The translations under genes and the position numbers were made by a program. A model generated the notes under the pieces. It had not been told where the DNA came from, searched no databases, and saw only the letters and a program-made list of their open reading frames with translations. DNA of 64,000 nucleotides from Octopus vulgaris (Eukaryota), in contig OX597821.1 of NCBI GenBank assembly GCA_951406725.2, forward strand, positions 107,756,001-107,820,000. The letters run 5' to 3'. Of this stretch, positions 42,146 to 56,310 are shown in pieces (within the stretch, counting starts at the first letter, position 1; each line of letters starts with the position of its first letter).

Positions 42146-42419
42146 CACGGGTTTGGAATGCTGAGATTAGCAGATTTGCCTCAAGAGAACACAGCTTCGA
42201 TTTTAAACCTATCCATACATAACATTTTATATATGTGTGTGTATGTGTGTGAGTATGTATAAGTTTGCTTCCCAGCCATATGGTTCCGGGTTCAGTCCCA
42301 CTGCGTGGCACCTTGGGCAAGTGTCTTCTATTACAATCTCGGGCCAACCAAAGTCTTGTGAGTGGATTTGATAAAGGGAAACTGAAAGAAGCCCGTCGTA
42401 TATATATATATATATATAC

Positions 42420-42595
42420 AGTTAATCCAAACATGAAAAAAAAAACAACGGGAGGACGTAGAATAAGTACAGCGTTATTGGACGCTCAGGAAAGGAAAGA
42501 AAAGAAAGAGCATTTCACGTTTCGGGCGGAGCTCTTCATCAGAAATATAGAAAGAGTCCAAAGAAGGGAAGACAGAGAAAGAAAATCGCCAATGT
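42420..42595 (-). mobile_element. Penelope-like pLTR unit with minimal hammerhead motif (42512-42546)
   Basis: Minus strand reads ATTT-CTGATGA-A-GAGC-TCC-GCCC-GAAAC-GTG-AAAT; flanked by (TA)n and (TACA)n; shares CGCTCAGGAAA with the 57365-57570 unit. Confidence 0.7.
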
Positions 42596-42600
42596 ATACA

Positions 42601-42683
<83 letters not shown>

Positions 42684-42684
<1 letters not shown>

Positions 42685-42935
42685 CTGTTGTGTCTGGGGA
42701 GAGTCATTCTCTTTTAGTGCCTTATTATTTAACACACGCACCGGTAGAATTTCCACTTTTTTTCTTATTTTTATTTTCTAAAATTTTCGTTGAGTCTTGC
42801 AACCTTTTCAATAGTTTTGACTCTGTTCGCTATTTTAGAAAATAAAAATAAGAAGAAGAAAAGCGGAAGTTCTACAGGTGAGTGTGTTAAATAATAAGGC
42901 ACTGAAAGAGAATGTCTCTCCCCAGACACAACAGA
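42684..42935. repeat. Fold-back inverted repeat (hairpin 3) after (TA)n
   Basis: TCTGTTGTGTCTGGGGAGAG..AGTGCCTTATTATTTAACACAC is mirrored at 42883-42935; arms are about 100 bp. Confidence 0.93.
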
Positions 42936-42991
42936 ATATGCTTCAACACACGAACTCATATAAAGAATCTTGCAAACCAAATCCAAAAACG

Positions 42992-43029
<38 letters not shown>

Positions 43030-43166
43030 GTGTTTGTATGATTATCTATAAAAGGATATATATTATTGAAAGGAATTCCAACACTGTTTTTATGTTATAT
43101 TTATATTTTTTGTAATATTAATGTAGAATATAGAATATATTGTATGAATAGTATGTGGTGGATGGA

Positions 43167-43546
43167 AGCACTCCGTCGGTTACGACGATGAAGGTTCCGG
43201 TTGATCCGAATCAACGGAACAGCCTGCTCGTGAAATTAACGTGTAAGTGGCTGAGCACTCCACAGACACGTGTACCCTTAACGTAGTTCTCGGGGATATT
43301 CAACGTGACACAGAGAGTGATAAGGCCGGCCCCTTGAAATACAGGTACAACAGAAACAGGAAGTAAGAGTGAGAGAAAGTTGTGGTGAAAGAGTACAGCA
43401 GGGATCACTACCATCCCCTGCCGGAGCCTCGTGGAGCTTTTAGGTGTTTTCGCTCAATAAACACTCACAACGCCCGGTCTGGGAATCGAAATCGCGATCC
43501 TATGACCGCGAGTCCGCTGCCGTAACCACTGGGCCATTGCGCCTCC
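43167..43546 (-). mobile_element. SINE family C, full length
   Basis: Head GGAGGCGCAATGGCCCAGTGGTTA..TTCGATTCCC; GAATAGTATGT is duplicated on both flanks. Confidence 0.92.
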
Positions 43547-43630
43547 GAATAGTATGTATAGTAAAATGAAATGAAGTATTGATTGACTTATTGAATAGAT
43601 GAAATATTGAATATCAAATATTAAGGGACT

Positions 43631-43677
<47 letters not shown>

Positions 43678-43686
<9 letters not shown>

Positions 43687-44480
43687 GCATCCTTTTTGTC
43701 TCGGGAGACACTGGAGTTGCGCATAAAATAGTCCAGTCCGGCTTTTACATTTTATGTCCTGATACATTTCCTGCTGTGGCTGTGTAGTCCTATCCTGGAC
43801 AGACACTCCCTCTGGCAGGTACCGCAAATGTAGCGAAGACTGTTCCTGGCTTGTTGTAATGTCATAGTTTCTTGTTGACGTCTTTTCTTGTCTTTCCATT
43901 TTTCCTCTCTCTCTCTCTCTCTCTGTCACTCCTTTGTATTCCCTCTTTTACGGTACGTCGCCAATCTCCACGGTTGCTGGCAATTGCTTCCCAACCGCTA
44001 ATACTGATGTTGCAGGCCTTCATGTCCCTTTTGCAAACATCCTTGTGACGTAAGAACAGTCTACCCACAGACCTAGTACCCCTAGTAAGCCCTCCGTAGG
44101 GTATGTCCTTGGGGATTCTGCCATCTTTCATACGGCTAACATGCCCAAGCCATCTCATACGTCTTTGTGTGAGGAGTGCAAACATGCTTGGTATTCCTGC
44201 TTGCTTGAGGACATCTTTGTTGGGGATATGATTCTGCCATTTGATGCGGAGGATTTTCCGGAGGTAGCGCAGGTGAAAGATGTTTAGGCGACGCTTTTGG
44301 CGTGTGTATAGCGTCCAAGTCTCACTTCCATACAGTAGAGTGCTAAGTACACATGCCTGGTAGATCTTCATTTTCGTGGTCTTGGTCAGCTTATTGTTGT
44401 CCCATGCCCGTTTGGAGAGTTGGGCCATCGCAGCAGCTGCCTTGCCAATGCGTATATTGAGCTCAGCGTCAAGGGATAGG

Positions 44481-44481
<1 letters not shown>
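43678..44481 (-). mobile_element. RTE-clade LINE 3' end with (CAA) tail, inserted in (TA)n
   Basis: LDAELNIRIGKAAAA..KMKIYQACVLSTLLYGSETWTLY..RWLGHVSRMKDGRIPKDI..KDVCKRDMK, the RTE/BovB-like C-terminus; 3' end GGATGCCAACAACAA. Confidence 0.93.
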
Positions 44482-44543
<62 letters not shown>

Positions 44544-45435
44544 CATGTGTGTGTGTTTCTGTGCTTGTCATCGTTTGACACCGATGTTGATGTGTTTAGC
44601 GGCCGTAACTTAACGGTTCAGCAAAATAGACCAATAGGATAATTACTAGCCTTACAAAGAACAACTCCTGGGGTCTTTTTGTTCGACTAAAAGTGATGTT
44701 TCAGCATGGTCGAAGTCAAATTTCTGAGACATGTAAAAAAATAAAAGAATACTCACAAACACACACATGCACACATACACGACAGTCTAGTTTCAGTTTC
44801 CGTCAACGAAATCCACTCAAAAGGCTATGATCGGCCCTCGGTTACAGTAGAAGATACTCAATGTTCCACGCAGTGAGACTGAACCCGGAACCATGTGCTT
44901 GAGAAGTTAGATTCTTACCACACTGCCACGTAGCTTAAAGATGATATTGTTGCTATTTCTAGCCGATGGAGCGATCATGTACAGGCAACGACGTCCCTAC
45001 CTCTGGTTACATATGAGGATGACTTCAGAGGAAAGTCGAGTCGACGAAAGTGTTTAATAGGAGGAGGAGGAGGAGGAGGAGGATGAAGAGTAAGGAGAGG
45101 CAGAGTGAGAGGAAAGAAAAACAAGGTGGTGGGAGGTTGTATGTTGACATTACTAAATCAAGATGTGAAGCTGCATTGGAAGGGCCGCAAGCATGCATGC
45201 ACATATACAAACACAAGCACCCATACATATTCACACACACGCACGCATTCATACACACACACACGTGCAGCGCGCGCGCGTGACATGTGTAAATACGTAC
45301 AGAGAGCTTCTACGTGGTCTTTGAAGCTGCTAGAAATAACAGTGAAATTCTTGGAAAAAAAAAAGAAACGGCCAGGGTGGAACGCCGGTAGCAGTTGTAG
45401 TAGTAATAGCAGCAGCAGCAGCAGCGGCAGCAGTG

Positions 45436-45486
<51 letters not shown>

Positions 45487-45520
45487 ACAGCAGTAGTAGT
45501 ATTAGTATTAGTATTAGTAT

Positions 45521-45553
<33 letters not shown>

Positions 45554-45819
45554 CAGCAGTAGTAGTAAAAGTAGTTGTAGTGGAAGTAGCAGCAGCATCA
45601 GTAGTAGTAGTAGTAATAACAGCAGCAGTAGAAGTAGCAGCAGCAGTAGTAGTAGTAGTAGTAGTAGTAGCAGCAGCAGTAGTAGAAGTAGTAGTAGTAG
45701 TCGTAATTGTCGTGGTGGTCTGACGGCGGCGGTTGTAGCTTTGATGGGTTTGGTTCTTGTGTTCTTCATGCTGAGGTTGTTGTTGTTGTTGGCGGTGGTG
45801 GTAGTGGTGAAGGTGGCAA

Positions 45820-45861
<42 letters not shown>

Positions 45862-46023
45862 CAGCAGCTAGGTGATAGGGTGGTGCGTGTTTGTGTTAGT
45901 GGTGGTGCTGGTAGTGGTAGTAGTGGTGGTAATGGTGGTCGTGTGTAGGAGACGATTAAAGTGTTAGCGGTGACAGTAACTTTAGGGAGCTGTCAACGTC
46001 GCGTTAAAAGCCCCAGTTGATGA

Positions 46024-46503
<480 letters not shown>

Positions 46504-46988
46504 AATGTTTGTACTGCGCGTGTGCCTCTGTGTGTTTTTGTATGTTCGCCGTGACAGCGTTAAAGTGACATCATTCGTTACGATGCAAACTACAGAGGAG
46601 CGGCAATGTGGAATGCAGTGCCGTAGTAGTGGTGGTGGTAGTGGTGGTGGTGGTGGTGGTGGTGGTGGTGGTGGTGGTGGTGGTGTAGCTGGAATTGGTG
46701 GATTTTATTGGAATTGCTGTTATTGTTGTTGGTGATGATAACGGAGGATGGTAACGGTAGTAGAGAAAGAGAAAGACAAAGAAATGGGGTCAGAATGTTC
46801 GGGAGGGAGAGAGAGAAAGAGAGAGGGGGGGAGAGGGAGAGAGAGGAAGAGACAGACAGACAGGCAGACAGAGATAGAGATAGAGACAGAAAGATATGGA
46901 GAGAAAAATTGAGAAGGACAATGATATGGAGTGAGAAAGAGTGTGTGTGTAGCAGAGTGGGAGATCACGAGAGGGGAAGAGAGAGAAT

Positions 46989-47030
<42 letters not shown>

Positions 47031-47130
47031 GAGATAAAGATAGAGACAGAAAGATGTGGAGAGAAAGATTGAGAAGGACAGTGATATGGAGTGAGAAAGA
47101 GTGTGTGTGTAGCAGAGCGGGAGATCACGA

Positions 47131-47161
<31 letters not shown>

Positions 47162-47424
47162 GAAGACAAGCAGAGTGAGAGAATGTGAGTAAAGAATGAT
47201 AGCGAGGGATTCAAAGTATAAGAGAGTGTTATTGCAAATGGCTGCCGTTGTTACATTTGAGAAGTGACATCGAAGGGACGACAAACGGATCAAAATGTAA
47301 CCCTTTATTGGTAAGGAACACTTTGTGGTGTGATCCTCCAAATCGATGTATATCCCTGTAGAGAGAAGTAGAATATTGAAGGGTTTGACGAAGATACTAT
47401 GTGAGATGAATTAGTAGAAACGTT

Positions 47425-47932
47425 GGATCTTTTCTATTCTGAAGCCAGTTTTTTCAAATTTTTCCTACTGAACCAAACAATTTGAAACTTCGTATACTGG
47501 TAGAATGTGTCAAAAGTAAACTTAATTGTAAACCAGAATGAAAACGGAATTGTAACTTCTAAGTTTGACGTTGTTTAATAATTAGAATTTTAACCAATGA
47601 TATTCCGTCATTCGGCTTTATTTTATTTACTCCGTCTCGACCACCAATTTCGTGACGTATTAAACATCTTAAATGTAAACAAGCGCATCCTTCTAATTAT
47701 TTAACGTACTCATGTTTCCAGGATCCTATAGTCAGCCACCTTCTAATAACAATATTTAAAACGGCGAAGTTTCGCTTGTCGTAGCACAAGTTTTCCGTCG
47801 ATTTCCGTAAAAAACTTTTATTTTTTTACATATGGCTTTGCGGGAACATTTGAAGTAATGAGAGCGAAAGAGACTAAGAGGAAACGATTTTATGACGAGG
47901 AAATTTCTTTTGAACCTATGAAAGCATTGATG

Positions 47933-47976
<44 letters not shown>

Positions 47977-48233
47977 ATGGGGTGTGGGAGACAGACAGTA
48001 AGTGAAGTGCTTCTGTTAGTGTGTGCGAAGAGACAGAGAAAGTAATGTGTGAAAGAGAGAGATAACTGAAATTTTTTACTCGGTGTATGTGTATATGCCT
48101 GAATGTATGTGTGTATGTATCTATGTATGTATGTATGGCCGATTCAATGTGATTTTTTACACATACTTACACACACACACACACATACATACACACACAC
48201 ATGCAGACATACATATACACATACACCGAGTAA

Positions 48234-48289
<56 letters not shown>

Positions 48290-48876
48290 TTTATAAAAAT
48301 ATGGTAAAGTAAAAAAATTACTTAACCACACACCGAGCTTTTTAGAAATAGCAGCCAAAAATTTGGCTGTTTTCTCAACTGCAAGAAAAAGTCTCCCAGA
48401 CAATGCATACTCAGAAATAATTCACATACGTATAAGAGAAAAACAACGAAAAATCACATGGATTCTCCGATATATGTTATAAAAATATGGATTCTCCGAT
48501 ATAATTTATAAAAATATGGTAAAGTAAAAAAATTACTTTACCACACACAAAGCTTTTTAGAAATAGCAGCCAGGTATTTATAGGTATATATGTATATACG
48601 TGTGACGTGCTTATAAGCCGTCTTCAACTACGTCACAAAACTGCTTTCAACGTCACACTAACAGATCGCAGTAACGTTTTAGATATGAAAACAAGCAATC
48701 TCATTGGTTAAAATTCGCAGTTTTAATCTACGATTAAAGTCATAAAATAGATTTTTCTCAAATAAACTAGTTCCAACTGGCGAATAAACTAGTTCCACTC
48801 TATGAGTACACAAAGTTTCAAATTATTTAGTTAACTAGAAAGATCTGGGGTCCTGGCCACAAATTTGAAAAGATCC
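47425..48876. mobile_element. Non-autonomous TIR DNA transposon with perfect 8-bp TSD
   Basis: Ends GGATCTTTTC and GAAAAGATCC; TSD GAAACGTT at 47417-47424 and 48877-48884; subterminal CTTCGTATACTGGTAGAATGTG shared with the 23129 MITE. Confidence 0.85.
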
Positions 48877-50805
48877 GAAACGTTTTCAGTCGGGGCCGGT
48901 GGTTTTGTTGGGTTTGAAGCCACCTGACTTTCAACACGAAGTGGGGGTGGTGTACATGTGCAGGGTTATGAGGCGGTAGAACAGATTTTCGATCTAGTCA
49001 AACTGAATCGCAAAATATGCATTTTTTAAAAGGAAGTAAAAAATCTGAAAATCAGTTATAATAATGTAGTCTTCCAGTCTCATTGCTATGAATGTATGAT
49101 GTTGCAGAGAAAAATATTGAAGGAAAAAGATACAGACAGAGGTTTAAAAATCGAGAAAAAGAAAACTATGTATTTTTAGCCAATAGCGAAACAGAAATTT
49201 TCAGCGTTTAGCAGAGCAGTATCAACTTTAAGGTTGTACTCTGTGAAATTTATAGTTAAGCATCTGTGACATGAACTATTCATTGTAGGTTTCTAAATAA
49301 ACAGAAATACCTAATAAAATCAGCATGTATCATCTTACTGTTTCTTTTGTTTCTTCATTGATTGTATGTTTTTATTATTTTTTTAAAAATTTGTTATATT
49401 AATGTATTTGTCTGCATCTGTTTACTTTATGCATACTTCAGTAATATGTATAACTGCCATGTATTTATGTACCTCATTAATATATAAATGCATGTGGATG
49501 TATGTATTATTTAAGTTTATATGTACATTTATGCATTCATGTGTGTGTGTATGTGCATGTGTGTGTGTGTGTGTGTGTGAAGCGGGCGTCTGTCTTCAAA
49601 ACTCGAAAGTTGCGTAACGTTTTCATGCTTGGATTTGTAAACTGCGATAAGAATAACACTGGCCAACATAGAATTTGTCTCAAGAAAAAGAAATTTGAAG
49701 CTAACGGTTTAAGAGATACTCTTAATTTAAATGCTTATGAATAGAATTAACCTAGTGAAATCATAAATCCAGCTATCTGAATCAATGAGTTTCTGGAAGT
49801 TGGCAATACTGTCCATTCACCTTCATAATGCACCCACCAAAAAAAGAAAAAAAAAAAAAAGATTGTATAAACAGTAAACGACTTTTGCAATGACTTAACA
49901 TCCAAGTCACAAAAACGGCGTTTCACGCTATTGATTACGTGCGGCAAAGCCACGGGTGAAGTGAAACACAACACAGCATGCAGTAGTCATGGTAACAAGC
50001 TGCTAATACCACGCTGTCTGTTGATTGGTTAAAATTACCCAAATTTCCCAAATTTAATTCCAAATAACATCAGATTCTTTAATTTACGAGATTAAGTAAT
50101 TGGCTGATCGTAATAAAAATTCAGAGCTGCATCGATACACCAAAACTGAAAGCAGCCCGAGCAAAATTAAAGGGGGCTCATTTTGCAAACGAAACTGACT
50201 AGTTCCCTGGTTTTTGTAATTATATGCTGAAGTTGGTTGGAAAGTGGGCAGTAAAGAGGCAGGATTTCTCGTGGGAGTGTTGCACGTAAACCATCATAGG
50301 AAAGTAGGATTCTAATACGTCGATAAGAATTCTTATGACAAAAAAACCAGAAGGTTCGATCGGGTTTTAGGAAGCGAAACGACTTGAGAACTTTGCGATA
50401 GACGAAAGATATCTTTCGCGGTTCGAATGTAGTATGTAAGTAATTTATAAGTATGAAGATCATTCCGTTGATGGAGTTATGAAAGTCTTGAAACGTTAAT
50501 GGAACATTAGTCTAAATTAGGGGTCGGCAAAGAGGACAATACTGAGCCCCTACGGATCTATGTCTCTATCCAAGAAGTCGATAATTACATGGAATAATTT
50601 TGAGGTTTAACGGCTGCTGAATTATTTGTAGGCGCAGGCGTGGCTGTGTAGTGAGAAGCTTGCTTGTCAACCACATGGTTCCGGGTTCAGCCTCACTGCG
50701 TAGCACCTTGAGTAAGTGTCTTCTGCCATAGCGTAGAGTCGAGCAAAGTTTTGTGAGCAAAGTTTTGTGAGTGAATTTGGAAGACGCAAACTGAACGAAA
50801 CCGTC

Positions 50806-50906
<101 letters not shown>

Positions 50907-50986
50907 GTATATATAATATTTATATATATATATATATATACATATATATACATACATGCATTCATATATGTGTGTGTGTGTATAAC

Positions 50987-51256
50987 ATGTGAAAATTAGT
51001 TGGTTGTCATAATAAAACTCACCGTTTCGGATACCGGAGCTGAAGTCTGCTGCGGCATCTCATCAGTTATTAAGACAAAACGCTATCGGAAAAAACCTTT
51101 GAATAAAGGGAAATTACTCCAATAGGCATGGGGAAAATAACACTTCATTTATACGCATAGCGTTTTGTCTTAATAACTGACAAGATGCCGGAGCAGACTT
51201 CAGTCCCGGTATCCGAAACTCTGAGTTTTATTATGACAACCAACTAATTTTCACAT
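50987..51256. repeat. Fold-back element (hairpin 4) with a hammerhead motif in each arm
   Basis: About 98-bp inverted arms ATGTGAAAATTAGTTGGTTGTCATAATAAAACTC..GACAAAACGCTAT; lies in (TA)n. Confidence 0.93.
51004..51078 (-). ncRNA. Type I minimal hammerhead ribozyme (candidate)
   Basis: TTGTCTTAATAA-CTGATGA-GATGCCG..CGGTATCC-GAAAC-GGTGA-GTT-TTATTATGACAA: intact core, 12-bp stem I (one mismatch), 7-bp stem II, minimal stem III, GUU cleavage triplet. Confidence 0.75.
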
Positions 51257-51364
51257 ATTATATTTATAGATACATTCCTCTATATTACATGATATCGAGG
51301 TCTCATTCATTCTTTTGCTGTCATATTATTATCATCAATCATCATCATTATATATATATATCTA

Positions 51365-52298
<934 letters not shown>

Positions 52299-52305
52299 TC
52301 ATATA

Positions 52306-52371
<66 letters not shown>

Positions 52372-52372
52372 G

Positions 52373-52720
52373 TGGCACTCCGTCGGCTACGATGACGAGG
52401 GTTCCAGTTAATCCGATCAACAGAACAGCCTGCTCATGAAATTAACGTGCAAGTGGCTGAGCACTCCACAGACACGTGTACCCTTAATGTATTTCTCAGG
52501 GAGATTCAGCGTGGTACAGAGTGTGACAAGACTGACCCTTTGAAAATACAGGTACAACAGAAACAAGAAGTGTGAGAGAAAGTTGTGGTGAACGAGTACA
52601 GCAGGGTTCGCCACCACCCATTGCCGGAGCATCGTGGAGCTCTAGGTGTTTTCGCTCAATAAACACTCATAACGCCTGATCTGGGAATCGAAACCGTGAT
52701 CCTACGCCCTGCTGCTGTAA
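52373..52720 (-). mobile_element. SINE family C
   Basis: Homologous to 43167-43546. Confidence 0.88.
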
Positions 52721-52836
<116 letters not shown>

Positions 52837-53651
52837 AAGGAAATGTGAAAAACTAGAAAAAATATTTGGTTTACAAGATTCTTGCGATGAACTGATGTGC
52901 TGGATCTAATTTTGATGTACATCGAAAGGTTCATTACAATAAACACACACGCTGGTTCTCTCATTTTTTTAATATATATATAATCATGAGCGAATTTGTT
53001 CACATTTAACTAATTAACTAATCGATGCTCGATCAATCAAGCAATTAACTAGGCTTGTCAAATAACATACTCCGCTACTCCATGACACGTCCTCTCTACC
53101 CCCAGGTCTCCTCCAGCAGACCTTGAACAGACAGAGTATGTCATTGACAAGGTCACGGACGGCGACGAAAGAACCTTGAGAAAACCTAATTGATTGATTG
53201 AGTGAACGATAAAAATGAAGAAGTGAAATAGAACCAGTGTGTTTGTGCGTTTTTTATAGGCATAACGACCCTCCCGAGATACGAAACAAAAATTATATAA
53301 ACAGATTGATCGGAATATTACCGTCTCTAAGAAATAATATACCTGAAATAGAAACCGTTCCTTACAAAAATATATAAGATAGATATAGGAAACGGTGTAA
53401 CATATCATATTGAAGCGATTAGATAAAAAGTAGTGTAACTGATGATTTAAAACCAATTTTAATTAAGCATTTAATGAGAGTAGATTTCACTAAGTGCAGT
53501 TTTCGCGAAGCCAATGTATTAAATATACTGTAATTGTAATGAATGAGAGCGGTGTAATCGAAATAACAGTCATTAGAGTCCACTATACGTATATGCATCT
53601 GACTATGTGTATGTGTGTGTGTGTATCTTTACATGTGTGAGTGAGTGTGTT

Positions 53652-53713
<62 letters not shown>

Positions 53714-53748
53714 AACATATGTATATATGTATATATATGTATATAATG

Positions 53749-53780
<32 letters not shown>

Positions 53781-54241
53781 CATACATACATATATGTGTG
53801 TGTGTGTATGAATGCATGCTTGCATGTATGTATGTATTTCTGGATGGGTAATGTATCCCCTTATTCTAGATCGGTTGGCAATGTTTGTCGAAGAGGGACG
53901 CAGTTTAAACGCTTGGATGAGGGACATTCTCGAGGGAGGAATTTAATACGAATTAGATACATGCATAATAAACACACACGCTCACATACGCATATATACG
54001 CATGCCATATACACACACACATTATATATTATATACAAAGAGGAAATTAAATATCATGTCTAATTAAACCCTTCGAGTTCTTTTTTTGTTTGTTTTTATA
54101 TTAATACTTGCTTGCTTTTGGTCTTTCTTTTTTCCAAGGATATATCTTATTTTTATACACCATATTGAAATATGATATATTTTCATGAAGTCGATTGGAG
54201 TGACCGAAACGGTTAAAGGCTGAAACATATTGCCTCGTGGT

Positions 54242-54500
54242 CAGCGCTGGTTTTAAACATTAAGCAAAATAAGCATGCGCTTAGGGCACCAAAAGATTGG
54301 GGGTGCCACAGAAAGGGTAAAGGGTTTACGGCACGAAAGAAATCACTTTAAGCTTGCTAAGATAGTATTCGGGATGCCTTGTCTCTTCTGAGTATAGAAG
54401 CAGATGTATCACGTAAGATTTATTTTCAGGATCCGGTCAAAGACTTTGCAATTCAAAAAAGTAGGAGGAAACTTTTCAAATATAAAATGGAAGTATACAA
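54242..54500 (+). mobile_element. hAT-type transposon remnant
   Basis: Starts CAGCGCTGG; LSLLSIEADVSRKIYFQDPVKDFAIQKSRRK resembles the hATC C-terminus (LxxLSIE..IDFxxIIxxFAxxKxR); related end near 62415. Confidence 0.6.
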
Positions 54501-54683
54501 AAATAAACATGGCCGTTTGTTGACAGACTTTTCCCGCCTTGTAAGGATGATTTACCCGATATTTCTGCTGTTCTAACGGCAATTCTGCATTCGAAGAGAT
54601 ACCATCTAATTTGTATCATTCAGTACACATTCCGGCGCTTATAAAAACAACTGTTTGTTTATAATTATTGTTTATATAGGAGT

Positions 54684-55055
54684 GGGAGTGGCTGTGTGGT
54701 AAGTAGCTTGCTAACCAACCACACGGTTGCGGGTTCAGTCCCACTGCGTGGCATCTTGGGCAAGTGTCTTCTGCTATAGCCCCGGGCCGACCAATGCCTT
54801 GTGAGTGGATTTGGTAGACGGAAACTGAAAGAAGCCTGTCGTATATATGTATATATATATATATGTATGCTTGTGTTTGTGTGTCTGTGTTTGTCCCCCT
54901 AGCATTGCTTGACAACCGATGCTGGTGTGTTTAGGTCCCCGTCACTTAGCGGTTCGGCAAAAAGAGACCGATAGAATAAGTACTAAAAGGTGGTGCTCCA
55001 GCATGGCCGCAGTCAAATGACTGAAACAAGTAAAAGAGTAAAAGAGTAAAGAGTA
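54684..55055 (+). mobile_element. SINE family A
   Basis: Head, body and (GTAAAAGA)n tail. Confidence 0.9.
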
Positions 55056-55174
55056 ATATACAGTTATTATACACTTATTACACTATGAGCCTTCCATAGT
55101 AGCTTTCTCTCCGTAACTCGAAAAGCCTTTCGGGTCTGTTTATAGAAATATTATTTATGTAGAATATATGTTCT

Positions 55175-55387
55175 TTTATTCTTTTATTCTTTTACTTGTT
55201 TCTGCCATTTGACTGCGGCCCTGCTGGATCACCGCCTTTAATCGAGAAAATCGACCCCGGAATTTATTTTTGTAAGCCCCAGTACTTATTCTATCGGTCT
55301 CTTTTGCCGAACAGCTAAGTTACGGGGACGTAAGCGCACCAGCATCGGTTGTCAGGCGATGTTGGGTAGACAAACAGACACACGCAA

Positions 55388-55479
<92 letters not shown>

Positions 55480-55620
55480 ACGACGGGCTTCTTCCAATTT
55501 CTATTCTACCAAATCCACTCTCAAGGGTTTGATCGGCCCGGGCTATAGTAGAAGACACTTGGCCAAGGTTCCACGCAGTGGGACTGAACCCGGAACCATG
55601 TGGTTGGTAAGCAAGCTACT
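55175..55620 (-). mobile_element. SINE family A
   Basis: Reverse complement of its neighbours. Confidence 0.9.
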
Positions 55621-55903
55621 TTATTTCATGAAAATTGGCTACAAGAGCCTTACAAAGAGGTAGTAGCTGCGGGCTGGACAATATAAACTGAAAATGAATG
55701 AAACATGAAAAAATGATTGGTGGGGGGAAGGCAGACAACGCCCGCCGATTGCTGCTTCCCGAAAACATTGTTCTCTTTTTGTTTACACAAAAACAACGAA
55801 TGAGGTATTAAACCTCATACAATATTTAAAAAAATGGCTACCATCGTCTTTACAAAATGAGGTACCAGGCCTCTTACCTTTTTACCAAAAAGTTTCAACA
55901 ATA

Positions 55904-56310
55904 GGCGCAGGAGCGGCTGCGTGGTAAGTAGCTTGCTTACCAACCACATGGTTCCGGGTTCAGTCCCACTGCGTGGCACCTTGGGCAAGTGTCTTCTACT
56001 ATAGTCTCGGGCCGACCAAAGCCTTGTGAGTGGATTTGGTAGATGGAAACTGAAAGAAGCCCGTCGTATATATGTATATATATGTGTGTGTGTGTGTGTT
56101 TGTGTGTCTGTGTTTGTCCCCCCAACATCACTTGACAACCGATGCTGGTGTGTTTATGTCCCCGTTACTTAGCGGTTCGGCAAAAGAGACCGATAGAATA
56201 AGTACTAGGTTTACAAAGAATAAGTCCTGGGAGTCGATTTCCTCGACTAAAGGCGGTGCTCCAGCATGGCCGCAGTCAAATGACTGAAACAAGTAAAAGA
56301 GTAAAAGAAT
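55904..56310 (+). mobile_element. SINE family A, full length
   Basis: Runs from GGCGCAGGAGCGGCTGCGTGGTAAGTAGC through GGGTTCAGTCCC to the tail. Confidence 0.92.

Noticed and set aside
43470-43546. tRNA gene (also at 8320-8391, 37708-37775, 39465-39535)
   Set aside because: A/B boxes run directly into repeated SINE bodies; these are SINE heads.
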